The position numbers were made by a program, and so were the translations under genes. The notes beneath the pieces are model-generated. The model ran no database searches and had not been told where the DNA came from. It saw only the letters and a list, made by a program, of their open reading frames with translations. Shown one piece after another: positions 61,566-64,000 of a stretch of DNA of 64,000 nt (within the stretch, counting starts at the first letter, position 1; every line of letters starts with the position of its first letter). The DNA is taken from NCBI GenBank assembly GCA_963708135.1, contig OY970192.1, positions 3,936,001-4,000,000 on the forward strand, given 5' to 3'. Source of the stretch: an uncultured Gemmatimonadales bacterium. GTDB lineage: Bacteria; Gemmatimonadota; Gemmatimonadetes; Longimicrobiales; RSA9.

Positions 61566-61868
61566 ATGGCTCGCACCACAGGCACCGTGAAATGGTTCTC
61601 GCAGGAGAAGGGCTACGGGTTTCTCCAGCGGGAGGGCGGACCGGACGTGTTCGTGCACTACAGCGCGATCGAGGGCTCCGGCTTCAAGGTCCTCTACGAG
61701 GGGGAGGAGGTGGAGTTCGACGTCGTCGAGGAGGCCAAGGGCCCCAAGGCCGCGAACGTCGTCCGCCTGAACCCGCCCGCCGAGGCCCCGCGCCGCGGTG
61801 GCGAGAGCCGGCCCGGCGGCACGGGCCGCGGCGACTACAGTGCCGGGCGCGGCGAGCCCCGCTACTAG
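61566..61868 (+). CDS. csp: cold-shock domain protein with Gly/Arg-rich tail
   Basis: GTVKWF, KGYGF, DVFVH. Confidence 0.95.
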   Translation: MARTTGTVKWFSQEKGYGFLQREGGPDVFVHYSAIEGSGFKVLYEGEEVEFDVVEEAKGPKAANVVRLNPPAEAPRRGGESRPGGTGRGDYSAGRGEPRY

Positions 61869-62032
61869 TGGACCGCATCTGAAGTTCGGTGAGCACCGAG
61901 CCGGCGGAGCGGGCGCGAAGCGCAAGGCGCGAGGAGGAAGGAATAGCAGCGCTATTTCGACGACGAGCAACGCGGCGGGTCGCGTCCGATCCGCCGGCGA
62001 ATGCCATCGCTACTTCGGATACGGTCCACTAG
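61865..62032. mobile_element. 168-bp MITE-like palindromic element
   Basis: 21-bp terminal inverted repeats (CTAGTGGACCGCATCTGAAGT / ACTTCGGATACGGTCCACTAG, 2 mismatches), internal inverted repeats, no transposase. Confidence 0.7.
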
Positions 62033-62147
62033 GGCGCCCCCGCAGCGACCACCGTCTTTCGTCCAGCGCGCGGACAGGCGCCCGCGAGGCCACGCCTCGC
62101 GGGCGCTTCGTCTTGCGCGCACGGCCCCGGTCCGCTCCTTTGCGCCC

Positions 62148-63587
62148 ATGGATGACGACGCTGCCTCCCGGCGCCCTGGCGCGCCCCTCGAGATCGACCC
62201 CGAGCGAATGCGCCGCATGGGCTACGAGGTCGTGGACTACTTGGTCGAGCGCGTTGCCGGACTGGACGCCGACCGCGCGTGGAGCCGGCGCGACCGCGCC
62301 GCCCTGGCACCCCACCTCTCCGGCCCGGCACCCGAAGGGCCGACCGGGTTCGAGACCCTGCTCCGACAGTTGCGCGATGACGTGCTCGCCTTCACTGCGC
62401 GCATCGACCATCCCCGCTTCATGGCTTTCGTCCCCGGCGCCGGCACCTGGCCGGGGATCCTCGCGGACTTTCTGGCGGCCGGGCACAACGTCTTCCAGGG
62501 GACCTGGCTTGCGTCCTCCGGTCCCAGCGCCGTCGAGTTGGTCGTCCTCGACTGGTTCCGCACCTGGCTCGGCTGCCCCGAACAGGCCGCTGGTCTCCTC
62601 GTCAGCGGAGGCTCCGCCGCCAACCTGACCGCCCTCGCCTGCGCCCGCGACAGCCGCCTCGGCGGCCACGATCCCGACGCCGTGATCTACGCCTCCGACC
62701 AGGTCCACTCCTCCGCACTGCGAGCCGCGCGCATCCTCGGCTTCAGGCCAGAGCAGCTGCGCGTCCTCCCCGCCGACCAGGCGTTCCGCCTCCCCGTCGC
62801 CGCCCTCGAGGCCGCGATCGCCGCCGACCGGGGCGCCGGCCGCCGGCCGTTCCTCGTCATTGCGAGCGCGGGCACCACCAGCACTGGCGCCGTGGACCCG
62901 CTCCCCGAGCTCCGGCGACTCTGCGATGCACAGGATCTCTGGCTGCACGTGGACGCAGCCTACGGCGGCTTCGCGGTCCTCACGGAGCGAGGCCGCGCCG
63001 CGCTGCCTGGCATCGGTGCCGCCGACTCCATCACTCTCGATCCACACAAGTGGCTGTACCAGCCGTTCGAGGCCGGCTGCCTCCTCGTCCGCGACGGGGC
63101 CGCCCTCGTCCAGACCTTCCACGTCATGCCCGACTATCTCCAGGACACCGCCGTGGGCGGGCGGGAGGTCAATTTCGCCGACCGCGGCCTGCAGCTGACC
63201 CGCGCCGCTCGCGCGCTGAAGATCTGGACCTCCATCCGCCACTTCGGTCTGGATGCCTTCCGACGCACCATCGATGGCTGCATCGATCTCGCGCTGCACG
63301 CCGAGGAGGTCATCCGCCGGACCCCCTCGCTCGAGCTGCTCGCCCCCGCCGCCCTCGGCGTGGTCTGCTTCCGCCGGCGCGGCGCGCCGGGCCAGGATGA
63401 AGCGGAGGTCGAGGCTGCCAATGCGGCGCTGCTCCGCCGCATCCTCGACAGCGGCCTCGCGATGGCCTCCTCCACCCGGCTCCGCGGAATCTACGCGCTG
63501 CGTCTCTGCATCCTGAACTTCCGGACGACCGAGGCCAATGTGGACCGCGTCCTGCATTGGTTCGCCGGGGCGGCGCTGGAGGAGTGA
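62148..63587 (+). CDS. group II PLP-dependent amino-acid decarboxylase
   Basis: HPRFMAF, SGGSAAN, HSS, AGTT..GAVD, HVDAAYGG, DPHKW. Confidence 0.93.
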   Translation: MDDDAASRRPGAPLEIDPERMRRMGYEVVDYLVERVAGLDADRAWSRRDRAALAPHLSGPAPEGPTGFETLLRQLRDDVLAFTARIDHPRFMAFVPGAGTWPGILADFLAAGHNVFQGTWLASSGPSAVELVVLDWFRTWLGCPEQAAGLLVSGGSAANLTALACARDSRLGGHDPDAVIYASDQVHSSALRAARILGFRPEQLRVLPADQAFRLPVAALEAAIAADRGAGRRPFLVIASAGTTSTGAVDPLPELRRLCDAQDLWLHVDAAYGGFAVLTERGRAALPGIGAADSITLDPHKWLYQPFEAGCLLVRDGAALVQTFHVMPDYLQDTAVGGREVNFADRGLQLTRAARALKIWTSIRHFGLDAFRRTIDGCIDLALHAEEVIRRTPSLELLAPAALGVVCFRRRGAPGQDEAEVEAANAALLRRILDSGLAMASSTRLRGIYALRLCILNFRTTEANVDRVLHWFAGAALEE

Positions 63588-63645
63588 CCCCGCGCGCGGG
63601 CGGGTTGACTTCCGCGCCTGCCGCTTCCCTGTTGGAGGAGAGATC

Positions 63646-63927
63646 ATGCCGGACATCACATGCGTCCGCTGCGGCGAGACCGCGCCCCAGCTCCCCAGGC
63701 CACCTCTTCGCAACGAGCTCGGCCAGCGCATCTTCGAGTCCATCGGCGAGCGCTGCTGGGGCGAGTGGCTCCGCTACCAGACCGCCCTCATCAATCATCA
63801 CGGGCTGGATGTCCGCGACGCGGACGCCAAGGAGTTCCTCACCGCCAACATGGAGGGGTTCCTCTTCAAGAAGGGCGGGGAGACCGAGGACATCGACACC
63901 TCCCAGCAGGGGAACGTTACATGGTGA
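63646..63927 (+). CDS. yggX: Fe(II)-trafficking / oxidative damage protection protein
   Basis: CVRC...LGQRIFESI...W.EW...QT.LIN...L. Confidence 0.85.
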   Translation: MPDITCVRCGETAPQLPRPPLRNELGQRIFESIGERCWGEWLRYQTALINHHGLDVRDADAKEFLTANMEGFLFKKGGETEDIDTSQQGNVTW

Positions 63928-64000
63928 CCCGCTCCCCGGCGGAGCGAGCGCTCCGCGAGATCCCCGGCATCGGCCCGAGCCTCGCCCACGACCTCTACGA
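63921..64000 (+). CDS. helix-hairpin-helix protein (3' truncated)
   Basis: MVTRSPAERALREIPGIGPSLAHDLY. Confidence 0.55.
   Translation, partial: MVTRSPAERALREIPGIGPSLAHDLY

Overview
Very GC-rich bacterial chromosome window. Gene content and style suggest Gemmatimonadota (inference). It has about 70 mostly housekeeping CDSs; I found no rRNA, tRNA or CRISPR. Main points: (1) 15.7-22.2 kb is a peptide-export locus. A sensor-less sigma-54 activator and a -24/-12 promoter precede three small double-glycine-leader peptides with anionic, Cys-free, GxxxG-rich cores (two are hidden in shadow ORFs), followed by a CPBP/Abi protease, HlyD and a C39-peptidase ABC exporter. No tailoring enzymes are present. 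(2) A GEMM-I cyclic-dinucleotide riboswitch with A at the Vc2 G20-equivalent position precedes an unannotated 48-aa single-TM ORF. (3) kaiB-kaiC without kaiA, followed by a PAS/GAF histidine kinase. (4) A csoR-copA-copZ copper operon with an unannotated 29-aa membrane peptide. (5) A divergent paaA/D/B/C-like di-iron epoxidase operon with a PaaR-type operator. (6) A cNMP-domain aspartase fusion, a catalytically degenerate DEAD-box protein, a csp leader terminator, a 168-bp CTAG-flanked MITE, and about 11 candidate sigma-54 promoters. Three genes are frameshifted, probably by sequencing indels. All calls come from motif recognition by eye; no searches were run.
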